In this document: positions 38,901 through 54,500 of the stretch, in pieces
Layout: every line of letters begins with the position of its first letter
Numbering within the stretch: the stretch's first letter is position 1
Assembly (NCBI GenBank): GCA_964057225.1
Contig: OZ059900.1
Location: 17,360,001-17,424,000, forward strand
Source: Auanema rhodensis
Lineage: Eukaryota; Animalia; Nematoda
DNA: 64,000 nucleotides
Direction of reading: 5' to 3'
Position numbers and translations under genes: made by a program
The notes under the pieces: generated by a model
What the model saw: only the letters and a program-made list of their open reading frames with translations
Told to the model about the DNA's origin: nothing
Database searches by the model: none

Positions 38901-41900
38901 CCCTTATGGCTAATATTGATTAAATCGATTTTTGTTCATATGAGTCGTCAAATGCAAAGAATTTCAGCGTGTTACATACTTAAATGAAGCATTTTACATG
39001 CTGAACACTAGAAAAATACAAAAACACAGTATTTCCCATGAGAAATATTTTATTATGCTGGAAAACCAGTTTTTGGAAATTTCGCTGTAAACAAGGTTTT
39101 GACTTACGATTTCATGTGTTCAAACTCATGCAATGTCAATGAAACCTAGCTCAAAATTGTTCGTACAACGTCTAGTTCCACTTTCACGACAAAAAAACAA
39201 GGGTTAGAAAATTAAGGAAATTAGCATATTCTGAGGGCACGCCCCTTATGGCTAATATTGATTAAATCGATTTTTGTTCATATGAGTCGTCAAATGCAAC
39301 GAATTTCAGCGTGTTACATACTAAAATGAAGCATTTTACATGCTGAACACTATAAAAATACAAAAACACAGTATTTCCCATGAGAAATATTTTATTATGC
39401 TGGAAAACCAGTTTTTGGAAATTTCGCTGTAAACAAGGTTTTGACTTACGATTTCATGTGTTCAAACTCATGCAATGTCAATGAAACCTAGCTCAAAATT
39501 GTTCGTACAACGTCTAGTTCCACTTTCACGACAAAAAAACAGGGGTTAGAAAATTAAGGAAATTAGCATATTCTGAGGGCACGCCCCTTATGGCTAATAT
39601 TGATTAAATCGATTTTTGTTCATATGAGTCGTCAAATGCAACGAATTTCAGCGTGTTACATACTAAAATGAAGCATTTTACATGCTGAACACTAGAAAAA
39701 TACAAAAACACAGTATTTCCCATGAGAAATATTTTATTATGCTGGAAAACCAGTTTTTGGAAATTTCGCTGTAAACCAGGTTTTGACTTACGATTTCATG
39801 TGTTCAAACTCATGCAATGTCAATGAAACCTAGCTCAAAATTGTTCGTACAACGTCTAGTTCCACTTTCACGACAAAAAAACAGGGGTTAGAAAACTAAG
39901 GAAATTAGCATATTCTGAGGGCACGCCCCTTATGGCTAATATTGATTAAATCGATTTTTGTTCATATGAGTCGTCAAATGCAACGACTTTCAGCGTGTTA
40001 CATACTAAAATGAAGCATTTTACATGCTGAACACTAGAAAAATACAAAAACACAGTATTTCCCATGAGAAATATTTTATTATGCTGGAAAACCAGTTTTT
40101 GGAAATTTCGCTGTAAACAAGGTTTTGACTTACGATTTCATGTGTTCAAACTCATGCAATGTCAATGAAACCTAGCTCAAAATTGTTCGTACAACGTCTA
40201 GTTCCACTTTCACGACAAAAAAAACAGGGGTTAGAAAATTAAGGAAATTAGCATATTCTGAGGGCACGCCCCTTATGGCTAATATTGATTAAATCGATTT
40301 TTGTTCATATGAGTCGTCAAATGCAACGAATTTCAGCGTGTTACATACTAAAATGAAGCATTTTACATGCTGAACACTAGAAAAATACAAAAACACAGTA
40401 TTTCCCATGAGAAATATTTTATTATGCTGGAAAACCAGTTTTTGGAAATTTCGCTGTAAACAAGGTTTTGACTTACGATTTCATGTGTTCAAACTCATGC
40501 AATGTCAATGAAACCTAGCTCAAAATTGTTCGTACAACGTCTAGTTCCACTTTCACGACAAAAAAACAGGGGTTAGAAAATTAAGGAAATTAGCATATTC
40601 TGAGGGCACGCCCCTTATGGCTAATATTGATTAAATCGATTTTTGTTCATATGAGTCGTCAAATGCAACGAATTTCAGCGTGTTACATACTAAAATGAAG
40701 CATTTTACATGCTGAACACTAGAAAAATACAAAAACACAGTATTTCCCATGAGAAATATTTTATTATGCTGGAAAACCAGTTTTTGGAAATTTCGCTGTA
40801 AACAAGGTTTTGACTTACGATTTCATGTGTTCAAACTCATGCAATGTCAATGAAACCTAGCTCAAAATTGTTCGTACAACGTCTAGTTCCACTTTCACGA
40901 CAAAAAAACAGGGGTTAGAAAATTAAGGAAATTAGCATATTCTGAGGGCACGCCCCTTATGGCTAATATTGATTAAATCGATTTTTGTTCATATGAGTCG
41001 TCAAATGCAAAGAATTTCAGCGTGTTACATACTTAAATGAAGCATTTTACATGCTGAACACTAGAAAAATACAAAAACACAGTATTTCCCATGAGAAATA
41101 TTTTATTATGCTGGAAAACCAGTTTTTGGAAATTTCGCTGTAAACAAGGTTTTGACTTACGATTTCATGTGTTCAAACTCATGCAATGTCAATGAAACCT
41201 AGCTCAAAATTGTTCGTACAACGTCTAGTTCCACTTTCACGACAAAAAAACAAGGGTTAGAAAATTAAGGAAATTAGCATATTCTGAGGGCACGCCCCTT
41301 ATGGCTAATATTGATTAAATCGATTTTTGTTCATATGAGTCGTCAAATGCAACGAATTTCAGCGTGTTACATACTAAAATGAAGCATTTTACATGCTGAA
41401 CACTAGAAAAATACAAAAACACAGTATTTCCCATGAGAAATATTTTATTATGCTGGAAAACCAGTTTTTGGAAATTTCGCTGTAAACCAGGTTTTGACTT
41501 ACGATTTCATGTGTTCAAACTCATGCAATGTCAATGAAACCTAGCTCAAAATTGTTCGTACAACGTCTAGTTCCACTTTCACGACAAAAAAACAGGGGTT
41601 AGAAAACTAAGGAAATTAGCATATTCTGAGGGCACGCCCCTTATGGCTAATATTGATTAAATCGATTTTTGTTCATATGAGTCGTCAAATGCAACGACTT
41701 TCAGCGTGTTACATACTAAAATGAAGCATTTTACATGCTGAACACTAGAAAAATACAAAAACACAGTATTTCCCATGAGAAATATTTTATTATGCTGGAA
41801 AACCAGTTTTTGGAAATTTCGCTGTAAACAAGGTTTTGACTTACGATTTCATGTGTTCAAACTCATGCAATGTCAATGAAACCTAGCTCAAAATTGTTCG

Positions 41901-44900
41901 TACAACGTCTAGTTCCACTTTCACGACAAAAAAACAGGGGTTAGAAAATTAAGGAAATTAGCATATTCTGAGGGCACGCCCCTTATGGCTAATATTGATT
42001 AAATCGATTTTTGTTCATATGAGTCGTCAAATGCAACGAATTTCAGCGTGTTACATACTAAAATGAAGCATTTTACATGCTGAACACTAGAAAAATACAA
42101 AAACACAGTATTTCCCATGAGAAATATTTTATTATGCTGGAAAACCAGTTTTTGGAAATTTCGCTGTAAACAAGGTTTTGACTTACGATTTCATGTGTTC
42201 AAACTCATGCAATGTCAATGAAACCTAGCTCAAAATTGTTCGTACAACGTCTAGTTCCACTTTCACGACAAAAAAACAGGGGTTAGAAAATTAAGGAAAT
42301 TAGCATATTCTGAGGGCACGCCCCTTATGGCTAATATTGATTAAATCGATTTTTGTTCATATGAGTCGTCAAATGCAACGAATTTCAGCGTGTTACATAC
42401 TAAAATGAAGCATTTTACATGCTGAACACTAGAAAAATACAAAAACACAGTATTTCCCATGAGAAATATTTTATTATGCTGGAAAACCAGTTTTTGGAAA
42501 TTTCGCTGTAAACAAGGTTTTGACTTACGATTTCATGTGTTCAAACTCATGCAATGTCAATGAAACCTAGCTCAAAATTGTTTGTACAACGTCTAGTTCC
42601 ACTTTCACGACAAAAAAACAAGGGTTAGAAAATTAAGGAAATTAGCATATTCTGAGGGCACGCCCCTTATGGCTAATATTGATTAAATCGATTTTTGTTC
42701 ATATGAGTCGTCAAATGCAACGAATTTCAGCGTGTTACATACTAAAATGAAGCATTTTACATGCTGAACACTATAAAAATACAAAAACACAGTATTTCCC
42801 ATGAGAAATATTTTATTATGCTGGAAAACCAGTTTTTGGAAATTTCGCTGTAAACAAGGTTTTGACTTACGATTTCATGTGTTCAAACTCATGCAATGTC
42901 AATGAAACCTAGCTCAAAATTGTTCGTACAACGTCTAGTTCCACTTTCACGACAAAAAAACAGGGGTTAGAAAATTTAGGAAATTAGCATATTCTGAGGG
43001 CACGCCCCTTATGGCTAATATTGATTAAATCGATTTTTGTTCATATGAGTCGTCAAATGCAACGAATTTCAGCGTGTTACATACTAAAATGAAACATTTT
43101 ACATGCTGAACACTAGAAAAATACAAAAACACAGTATTTCCCATGAGAAATATTTTATTATGCTGGAAAACCAGTTTTTGGAAATTTCGCTGTAAACAAG
43201 GTTTTGACTTACGATTTCATGTGTTCAAACTCATGCAATGTCAATGAAACCTAGCTCAAAATTGTTCGTACAACGTCTAGTTCCACTTTCACGACAAAAA
43301 AACAAGGGTTAGAAAATTAAGGAAATTAGCATATTCTGAGGGCACGCCCCTTATGGCTAATATTGATTAAATCGATTTTTGTTCATATGAGTCGTCAAAT
43401 GCAACGAATTTCAGCGTGTTACATACTAAAATGAAGCATTTTACATGCTGAACACTATAAAAATACAAAAACACAGTATTTCCCATGAGAAATATTTTAT
43501 TATGCTGGAAAACCAGTTTTTGGAAATTTCGCTGTAAACAAGGTTTTGACTTACGATTTCATGTGTTCAAACTCATGCAATGTCAATGAAACCTAGCTCA
43601 AAATTGTTCGTACAACGTCTAGTTCCACTTTCACGACAAAAAAACAGGGGTTAGAAAATTTAGGAAATTAGCATATTCTGAGGGCACGCCCCTTATGGCT
43701 AATATTGATTAAATCGATTTTTGTTCATATGAGTCGTCAAATGCAACGAATTTCAGCGTGTTACATACTAAAATGAAGCATTTTACATGCTGAACACTAG
43801 AAAAATACAAAAACACAGTATTTCCCATGAGAAATATTTTATTATGCTGGAAAACCAGTTTTTGGAAATTTCGCTGTAAACAAGGTTTTGACTTACGATT
43901 TCATGTGTTCAAACTCATGCAATGTCAATGAAACCTAGCTCAAAATTGTTCGTACAACGTCTAGTTCCACTTTCACGACAAAAAAACAAGGGTTAGAAAA
44001 TTAAGGAAATTAGCATATTCTGAGGGCACGCCCCTTATGGCTAATATTGATTAAATCGATTTTTGTTCATATGAGTCGTCAAATGCAACGAATTTCAGCG
44101 TGTTACATACTAAAATGAAGCATTTTACATGCTGAACACTAGAAAAATACAAAAACACAGTATTTCCCATGAGAAATATTTTATTATGCTGGAAAACCAG
44201 TTTTTGGAAATTTCGCTGTAAACAAGGTTTTGACTTACGATTTCATGTGTTCAAACTCATGCAATGTCAATGAAACCTAGCTCAAAATTGTTCGTACAAC
44301 GTCTAGTTCCACTTTCACGACAAAAAAACAGGGGTTAGAAAATTAAGGAAATTAGCATATTCTGAGGGCACGCCCCTTATGGCTAATATTGATTAAATCG
44401 ATTTTTGTTCATATGAGTCGTCAAATGCAAAGAATTTCAGCGTGTTACATACTTAAATGAAGCATTTTACATGCTGAACACTAGAAAAATACAAAAACAC
44501 AGTATTTCCCATGAGAAATATTTTATTATGCTGGAAAACCAGTTTTTGGAAATTTCGCTGTAAACAAGGTTTTGACTTACGATTTCATGTGTTCAAACTC
44601 ATGCAATGTCAATGAAACCTAGCTCAAAATTGTTCGTACAACGTCTAGTTCCACTTTCACGACAAAAAAACAAGGGTTAGAAAATTAAGGAAATTAGCAT
44701 ATTCTGAGGGCACGCCCCTTATGGCTAATATTGATTAAATCGATTTTTGTTCATATGAGTCGTCAAATGCAACGAATTTCAGCGTGTTACATACTAAAAT
44801 GAAGCATTTTACATGCTGAACACTATAAAAATACAAAAACACAGTATTTCCCATGAGAAATATTTTATTATGCTGGAAAACCAGTTTTTGGAAATTTCGC

Positions 44901-47538
44901 TGTAAACAAGGTTTTGACTTACGATTTCATGTGTTCAAACTCATGCAATGTCAATGAAACCTAGCTCAAAATTGTTCGTACAACGTCTAGTTCCACTTTC
45001 ACGACAAAAAAACAGGGGTTAGAAAACTAAGGAAATTAGCATATTCTGAGGGCACGCCCCTTATGGCTAATATTGATTAAATCGATTTTTGTTCATATGA
45101 GTCGTCAAATGCAACGACTTTCAGCGTGTTACATACTAAAATGAAGCATTTTACATGCTGAACACTAGAAAAATACAAAAACACAGTATTTCCCATGAGA
45201 AATATTTTATTATGCTGGAAAACCAGTTTTTGGAAATTTCGCTGTAAACAAGGTTTTGACTTACGATTTCATGTGTTCAAACTCATGCAATGTCAATGAA
45301 ACCTAGCTCAAAATTGTTCGTACAACGTCTAGTTCCACTTTCACGACAAAAAAACAGGGGTTAGAAAATTAAGGAAATTAGCATATTCTGAGGGCACGCC
45401 CCTTATGGCTAATATTGATTAAATCGATTTTTGTTCATATGAGTCGTCAAATGCAACGAATTTCAGCGTGTTACATACTAAAATGAAGCATTTTACATGC
45501 TGAACACTAGAAAAATACAAAAACACAGTATTTCCCATGAGAAATATTTTATTATGCTGGAAAACCAGTTTTTGGAAATTTCGCTGTAAACAAGGTTTTG
45601 ACTTACGATTTCATGTGTTCAAACTCATGCAATGTCAATGAAACCTAGCTCAAAATTGTTCGTACAACGTCTAGTTCCACTTTCACGACAAAAAAACAGG
45701 GGTTAGAAAATTAAGGAAATTAGCATATTCTGAGGGCACGCCCCTTATGGCTAATATTGATTAAATCGATTTTTGTTCATATGAGTCGTCAAATGCAACG
45801 AATTTCAGCGTGTTACATACTAAAATGAAGCATTTTACATGCTGAACACTAGAAAAATACAAAAACACAGTATTTCCCATGAGAAATATTTTATTATGCT
45901 GGAAAACCAGTTTTTGGAAATTTCGCTGTAAACAAGGTTTTGACTTACGATTTCATGTGTTCAAACTCATGCAATGTCAATGAAACCTAGCTCAAAATTG
46001 TTTGTACAACGTCTAGTTCCACTTTCACGACAAAAAAACAAGGGTTAGAAAATTAAGGAAATTAGCATATTCTGAGGGCACGCCCCTTATGGCTAATATT
46101 GATTAAATCGATTTTTGTTCATATGAGTCGTCAAATGCAACGAATTTCAGCGTGTTACATACTAAAATGAAGCATTTTACATGCTGAACACTATAAAAAT
46201 ACAAAAACACAGTATTTCCCATGAGAAATATTTTATTATGCTGGAAAACCAGTTTTTGGAAATTTCGCTGTAAACAAGGTTTTGACTTACGATTTCATGT
46301 GTTCAAACTCATGCAATGTCAATGAAACCTAGCTCAAAATTGTTCGTACAACGTCTAGTTCCACTTTCACGACAAAAAAACAGGGGTTAGAAAATTTAGG
46401 AAATTAGCATATTCTGAGGGCACGCCCCTTATGGCTAATATTGATTAAATCGATTTTTGTTCATATGAGTCGTCAAATGCAACGAATTTCAGCGTGTTAC
46501 ATACTAAAATGAAGCATTTTACATGCTGAACACTAGAAAAATACAAAAACACAGTATTTCCCATGAGAAATATTTTATTATGCTGGAAAACCAGTTTTTG
46601 GAAATTTCGCTGTAAACAAGGTTTTGACTTACGATTTCATGTGTTCAAACTCATGCAATGTCAATGAAACCTAGCTCAAAATTGTTCGTACAACGTCTAG
46701 TTCCACTTTCACGACAAAAAAACAAGGGTTAGAAAATTAAGGAAATTAGCATATTCTGAGGGCACGCCCCTTATGGCTAATATTGATTAAATCGATTTTT
46801 GTTCATATGAGTCGTCAAATGCAACGAATTTCAGCGTGTTACATACTAAAATGAAGCATTTTACATGCTGAACACTAGAAAAATACAAAAACACAGTATT
46901 TCCCATGAGAAATATTTTATTATGCTGGAAAACCAGTTTTTGGAAATTTCGCTGTAAACAAGGTTTTGACTTACGATTTCATGTGTTCAAACTCATGCAA
47001 TGTCAATGAAACCTAGCTCAAAATTGTTCGTACAACGTCTAGTTCCACTTTCACGACAAAAAAACAGGGGTTAGAAAATTAAGGAAATTAGCATATTCTG
47101 AGGGCACGCCCCTTATGGCTAATATTGATTAAATCGATTTTTGTTCATATGAGTCGTCAAATGCAAAGAATTTCAGCGTGTTACATACTTAAATGAAGCA
47201 TTTTACATGCTGAACACTAGAAAAATACAAAAACACAGTATTTCCCATGAGAAATATTTTATTATGCTGGAAAACCAGTTTTTGGAAATTTCGCTGTAAA
47301 CAAGGTTTTGACTTACGATTTCATGTGTTCAAACTCATGCAATGTCAATGAAACCTAGCTCAAAATTGTTCGTACAACGTCTAGTTCCACTTTGACGACA
47401 AAAAACAGGGGTTAGAAAATTAAGGAAATTAGCATATTCTGAGGGCACGCCCCTTATGGCTAATATTGATTAAATCGATTTTTGTTCATATGAGTCGTCA
47501 AATGCAACGAATTTCAGCGTGTTACATACTAAAATGAA
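35911..47538 (+). repeat. Sub-array domain D (M106-M139) with a 4-monomer higher-order unit [174T+212A][23T+226T][212A][312A+335T]
   Basis: Tetramer at 35911, 37621 and 45830, and at 42410 with an internal 2-monomer duplication. 174T, 226T, 312A+335T and 105C were seen only here; 298T is absent. Confidence 0.87.
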
Positions 47539-48564
47539 GCATTTTACATGCTGAACACTAGAAAAATACAAAAACACAGTATTTCCCATGAGAAATATTT
47601 TATTATGCTGGAAAACCAGTTTTTGGAAATTTCGCTGTAAACAAGGTTTTGACTTACGATTTCATGTGTTCAAACTCATGCAATGTCAATGAAACCTAAC
47701 TCAAAATTGTTCGTACAACGTCTAGTTCCACTTTCACGACAAAAAAACAAGGGTTAGAAAATTAAGGAAATTAGCATATTCTGAGGGCACGCCCCTTATG
47801 GCTAATATTGATTAAATCGATTTTTGTTCATATGAGTCGTCAAATGCAACGAATTTCAGCGTGTTACATACTAAAATGAAGCATTTTACATGCTGAACAC
47901 TATAAAAATACAAAAACACAGTATTTCCCATGAGAAATATTTTATTATGCTGGAAAACCAGTTTTTGGAAATTTCGCTGTAAACAAGGTTTTGACTTACG
48001 ATTTCATGTGTTCAAACTCATGCAATGTCAATGAAACCTAGCTCAAAATTGTTCGTACAACGTCTAGTTCCACTTTCACGACAAAAAAACAGGGGTTAGA
48101 AAATTAAGGAAATTAGCATATTCTGAGGGCACGCCCCTTATGGCTAATATTGATTAAATCGATTTTTCTTCATATGAGTCGTCAAATGCAACGAATTTCA
48201 GCGTGTTACATACTAAAATGAAGCATTTTACATGCTGAACACTAGAAAAATACAAAAACACAGTATTTCCCATGAGAAATATTTTATTATGCTGGAAAAC
48301 CAGTTTTTGGAAATTTCGCTGTAAACAAGGTTTTGACTTACGATTTCATGTGTTCAAACTCATGCAATGTCAATGAAACCTAGCTCAAAATTGTTCGTAC
48401 AACGTCTAGTTCCACTTTCACGACAAAAAAACAGGGGTTAGAAAATTAAGGAAATTAGCATATTCTGAGGGCACGCCCCTTATGGCTAATATTGATTAAA
48501 TCGATTTTTGTTCATATGAGTCGTCAAATGCAACGAATTTCAGCGTGTTACATACTAAAATGAA

Positions 48565-51500
48565 GCATTTTACATGCTGAACACTAGAAAAATACAAAAA
48601 CACAGTATTTCCCATGAGAAATATTTTATTATGCTGGAAAACCAGTTTTTGGAAATTTCGCTGTAAACAAGGTTTTGACTTACGATTTCATGTGTTCAAA
48701 CTCATGCAATGTCAATGAAACCTAGCTCAAAATTGTTCGTACAACGTCTAGTTCCACTTTCACGACAAAAAAACAAGGGTTAGAAAATTAAGGAAATTAG
48801 CATATTCTGAGGGCACGCCCCTTATGGCTAATATTGATTAAATCGATTTTTGTTCATATGAGTCGTCAAATGCAACGAATTTCAGCGTGTTACATACTAA
48901 AATGAAGCATTTTACATGCTGAACACTAGAAAAATACAAAAACACAGTATTTCCCATGAGAAATATTTTATTATGCTGGAAAACCAGTTTTTGGAAATTT
49001 CGCTGTAAACAAGGTTTTGACTTACGATTTCATGTGTTCAAACTCATGCAATGTCAATGAAACCTAGCTCAAAATTGTTCGTACAACGTCTAGTTCCACT
49101 TTCACGACAAAAAAACAGGGGTTAGAAAATTAAGGAAATTAGCATATTCTGAGGGCACGCCCCTTATGGCTAATATTGATTAAATCGATTTTTGTTCATA
49201 TGAGTCGTCAAATGCAACGAATTTCAGCGTGTTACATACTAAAATGAAGCATTTTACATGCTGAACACTAGAAAAATACAAAAACACAGTATTTCTCATG
49301 AGAAAAATTTTATTATGCTGGAAAACCAGTTTTTGGAAATTTCGCTGTAAACAAGGTTTTGACTTACGATTTCATGTGTTCAAACTCATGCAATGTCAAT
49401 GAAACCTAGCTCAAAATTGTTCGTACAACGTCTAGTTCCACTTTCACGACAAAAAAACAGGGGTTAGAAAATTAAGGAAATTAGCATATTCTGAGGGCAC
49501 GCCCCTTATGGCTAATATTGATTAAATCGATTTTTGTTCATATGAGTCGTCAAATGCAACGAATTTCAGCGTGTTACATACTAAAATGAAGCATTTTACA
49601 TGCTGAACACTAGAAAAATACAAAAACACAGTATTTCCCATGAGAAATATTTTATTATGCTGGAAAACCAGTTTTTGGAAATTTCGCTGTAAACAAGGTT
49701 TTGACTTACGATTTCATGTGTTCAAACTCATGCAATGTCAATGAAACCTAGCTCAAAATTGTTCGTACAACGTCTAGTTCCACTTTCACGACAAAAAAAC
49801 AGGGGTTAGAAAACTAAGGAAATTAGCATATTCTGAGGGCACGCCCCTTATGGCTAATATTGATTAAATCGATTTTTGTTCATATGAGTCGTCAAATGCA
49901 ACGAATTTCAGCGTGTTACATACTAAAATGAAGCATTTTACATGCTGAACACTAGAAAAATACAAAAACACAGTATTTCCCATGAGAAATATTTTATTAT
50001 GCTGGAAAACCAGTTTTTGGAAATTTCGCTGTAAACAAGGTTTTGACTTACGATTTCATGTGTTCAAACTCATGCAATGTCAATGAAACATAGCTCAAAA
50101 TTGTTCGTACAACGTCTAGTTCCACTTTCACGACAAAAAAACAGGGGTTAGAAAATTAAGGAAATTAGCATATTCTGAGGGCACGCCCCTTATGGCTAAT
50201 ATTGATTAAATCGATTTTTGTTCATATGAGTCGTCAAATGCAACGAATTTCAGCGTGTTACATACTAAAATGAAGCATTTTACATGCTGAACACTAGAAA
50301 AATACAAAAACACAGTATTTCCCATGAGAAATATTTTATTATGCTGGAAAACCAGTTTTTGGAAATTTCGCTGTAAACAAGGTTTTGACTTACGATTTCA
50401 TGTGTTCAAACTCATGCAATGTCAATGAAACCTAGCTCAAAATTGTTCGTACAACGTCTAGTTCCACTTTCACGACAAAAAAACAGGGGTTAGAAAACTA
50501 AGGAAATTAGCATATTCTGAGGGCACGCCCCTTATGGCTAATATTGATTAAATCGATTTTTGTTCATATGAGTCGTCAAATGCAACGAATTTCAGCGTGT
50601 TACATACTAAAAGGAAGCATTTTACATGCTGAACACTAGAAAAATACAAAAACACAGTATTTCCCATGAGAAATATTTTATTATGCTGGAAAACCAGTTT
50701 TTGGAAATTTCGCTGTAAACAAGGTTTTGACTTACGATTTCATGTGTTCAAACTCATGCAATGTCAATGAAACCTAGCTCAAAATTGTTCGTACAACGTC
50801 TAGTTCCACTTTCACGACAAAAAAACAGGGGTTAGAAAATTAAGGAAATTAGCATATTCTGAGGGCACGCCCCTTATGGCTAATATTGATTAAATCGATT
50901 TTTGTTCATATGAGTCGTCAAATGCAACGAATTTCAGCGTGTTACATACTAAAATGAAGCATTTTACATGCTGAACACTAGAAAAATACAAAAACACAGT
51001 ATTTCCCATGAGAAATATTTTATTATGCTGGAAAACCAGTTTTTGGAAATTTCGCTGTAAACAAGGTTTTGACTTACGATTTCATGTGTTCAAACTCATG
51101 CAATGTCAATGAAACATAGCTCAAAAATGTTCGTACAACGTCTAGTTCCACTTTCACGACAAAAAAACAGGGGTTAGAAAATTAAGGAAATTAGCATATT
51201 CTGAGGGCACGCCCCTTATGGCTAATATTGATTAAATCGATTTTTGTTCATATGAGTCGTCAAATGCAACGAATTTCAGCGTGTTACATACTAAAATGAA
51301 GCATTTTACATGCTGAACACTAGAAAAATACAAAAACACAGTATTTCCCATGAGAAATATTTTATTATGCTGGAAAACCAGTTTTTGGAAATTTCGCTGT
51401 AAACAAGGTTTTGACTTACGATTTCATGTGTTCAAACTCATGCAATGTCAATGAAACCTAGCTCAAAATTGTTCGTACAACGTCTAGTTCCACTTTCACG

Positions 51501-54500
51501 ACAAAAAAACAGGGGTTAGAAAACTAAGGAAATTAGCATATTCTGAGGGCACGCCCCTTATGGCTAATATTGATTAAATCGATTTTTGTTCATATGAGTC
51601 GTCAAATGCAACGAATTTCAGCGTGTTACATACTAAAATGAAGCATTTTACATGCTGAACACTAGAAAAATACAAAAACACAGTATTTCCCATGAGAAAT
51701 ATTTTATTATGCTGGAAAACCAGTTTTTGGAAATTTCGCTGTAAACAAGGTTTTGACTTACGATTTCATGTGTTCAAACTCATGCAATGTCAATGAAACC
51801 TAGCTCAAAATTGTTCGTACAACGTCTAGTTCCACTTTCACGACAAAAAAACAGGGGTTAGAAAATTAAGGAAATTAGCATATTCTGAGGGCACGCCCCT
51901 TATGGCTAATATTGATTAAATCGATTTTTGTTCATATGATTCGTCAAATGCAACGAATTTCAGCGTGTTACATACTAAAATGAAGCATTTTACATGCTGA
52001 ACACTAGAAAAATACAAAAACACAGTATTTCCCATGAGAAATATTTTATTATGCTGGAAAACCAGTTTTTGGAAATTTCGCTGTAAACAAGGTTTTGACT
52101 TACGATTTCATGTGTTCAAACTCATGCAATGTCAATGAAACCTAGCTCAAAATTGTTCGTACAACGTCTAGTTCCACTTTCACGACAAAAAAACAGGGGT
52201 TAGAAAACTAAGGAAATTAGCATATTCTGAGGGCACGCCCCTTATGGCTAATATTGATTAAATCGATTTTTGTTCATATGAGTCGTCAAATGCAACGACT
52301 TTCAGCGTGTTACATACTAAAATGAAGCATTTTACATGCTGAACACTAGAAAAATACAAAAACACAGTATTTCCCATGAGAAATATTTTATTATGCTGGA
52401 AAACCAGTTTTTGGAAATTTCGCTGTAAACAAGGTTTTGACTTACGATTTCATGTGTTCAAACTCATGCAATGTCAATGAAACATAGCTCAAAAATGTTC
52501 GTACAACGTCTAGTTCCACTTTCACGACAAAAAAACAGGGGTTAGAAAATTAAGGAAATTAGCATATTCTGAGGGCACGCCCCTTATGGCTAATATTGAT
52601 TAAATCGATTTTTGTTCATATGAGTTGTCAAATGCAACGAATTTCAGCGTGTTACATACTAAAATGAAGCATTTTACATGCTGAACACTAGAAAAATACA
52701 AAAACACAGTATTTCCCATGAGTAATATTTTATTATGCTGGAAAACCAGTTTTTGGAAATTTCGCTGTAAACAAGGTTTTGACTTACGATTTCATGTGTT
52801 CAAACTCATGCAATGTCAATGAAACCTAGCTCAAAATTGTTCGTACAACGTCTAGTTCCACTTTCACGACAAAAAAACAGGGGTTAGAAAACTAAGGAAA
52901 TTAGCATATTCTGAGGGCACGCCCCTTATGGCTAATATTGATTAAATCGATTTTTGTTCATATGAGTCGTCAAATGCAACGAATTTCAGCGTGTTACATA
53001 CTAAAATGAAGCATTTTACATGCTGAACACTAGAAAAATACAAAAACACAGTATTTCCCATGAGAAATATTTTATTATGCTGGAAAACCAGTTTTTGGAA
53101 ATTTCGCTGTAAACAAGGTTTTGACTTACGATTTCATGTGTTCAAACTCATGCAATGTCAATGAAACCTAGCTCAAAATTGTTCGTACAACGTCTAGTTC
53201 CACTTTCACGACAAAAAAACAGGGGTTAGAAAATTAAGGAAATTAGCATATTCTGAGGGCACGCCCCTTATGGCTAATATTGATTAAATCGATTTTTGTT
53301 CATATGATTCGTCAAATGCAACGAATTTCAGCGTGTTACATACTAAAATGAAGCATTTTACATGCTGAACACTAGAAAAATACAAAAACACAGTATTTCC
53401 CATGAGAAATATTTTATTATGCTGGAAAACCAGTTTTTGGAAATTTCGCTGTAAACAAGGTTTTGACTTACGATTTCATGTGTTCAAACTCATGCAATGT
53501 CAATGAAACCTAGCTCAAAATTGTTCGTACAACGTTTAGTTCCACTTTCACGACAAAAAAACAGGGGTTAGAAAACTAAGGAAATTAGCATATTCTGAGG
53601 GCACGCCCCTTATGGCTAATATTGATTAAATCGATTTTTGTTCATATGAGTCGTCAAATGCAACGACTTTCAGCGTGTTACATACTAAAATGAAGCATTT
53701 TACATGCTGAACACTAGAAAAATACAAAAACACAGTATTTCCCATGAGAAATATTTTATTATGCTGGAAAACCAGTTTTTGGAAATTTCGCTGTAAACAA
53801 GGTTTTGACTTACGATTTCATGTGTTCAAACTCATGCAATGTCAATGAAACCTAGCTCAAAATTGTTCGTACAACGTCTAGTTCCACTTTCACGACAAAA
53901 AAACAGGGGTTAGAAAATTAAGGAAATTAGCATATTCTGAGGGCACGCCCCTTATGGCTAATATTGATTAAATCGATTTTTGTTCATATGAGTCGTCAAA
54001 TGCAACGAATTGTAGCGTGTTACATACTAAAATGAAGCATTTTACATGCTGAACACTAGAAAAATACAAAAACACAGTATTTCCCATGAGAAATATTTTA
54101 TTATGCTGGAAAACCAGTTTTTGGAAATTTCGCTGTAAACAAGGTTTTGACTTACGATTTCATGTGTTCAAACTCATGCAATGTCAATGAAACCTAGCTC
54201 AAAATTGTTCGTACAACGTCTAGTTCCACTTTCACGACAAAAAAACAGGGGTTAGAAAATTAAGGAAATTAGCATATTCTGAGGGCACGCCCCTTATGGC
54301 TAATATTGATTAAATCGATTTTTGTTCATATGATTCGTCAAATGCAACGAATTTCAGCGTGTTACATACTAAAATGAAGCATTTTACATGCTGAACACTA
54401 GAAAAATACAAAAACACAGTATTTCCCATGAGAAATATTTTATTATGCTGGAAAACCAGTTTTTGGAAATTTCGCTGTAAACAAGGTTTTGACTTACGAT

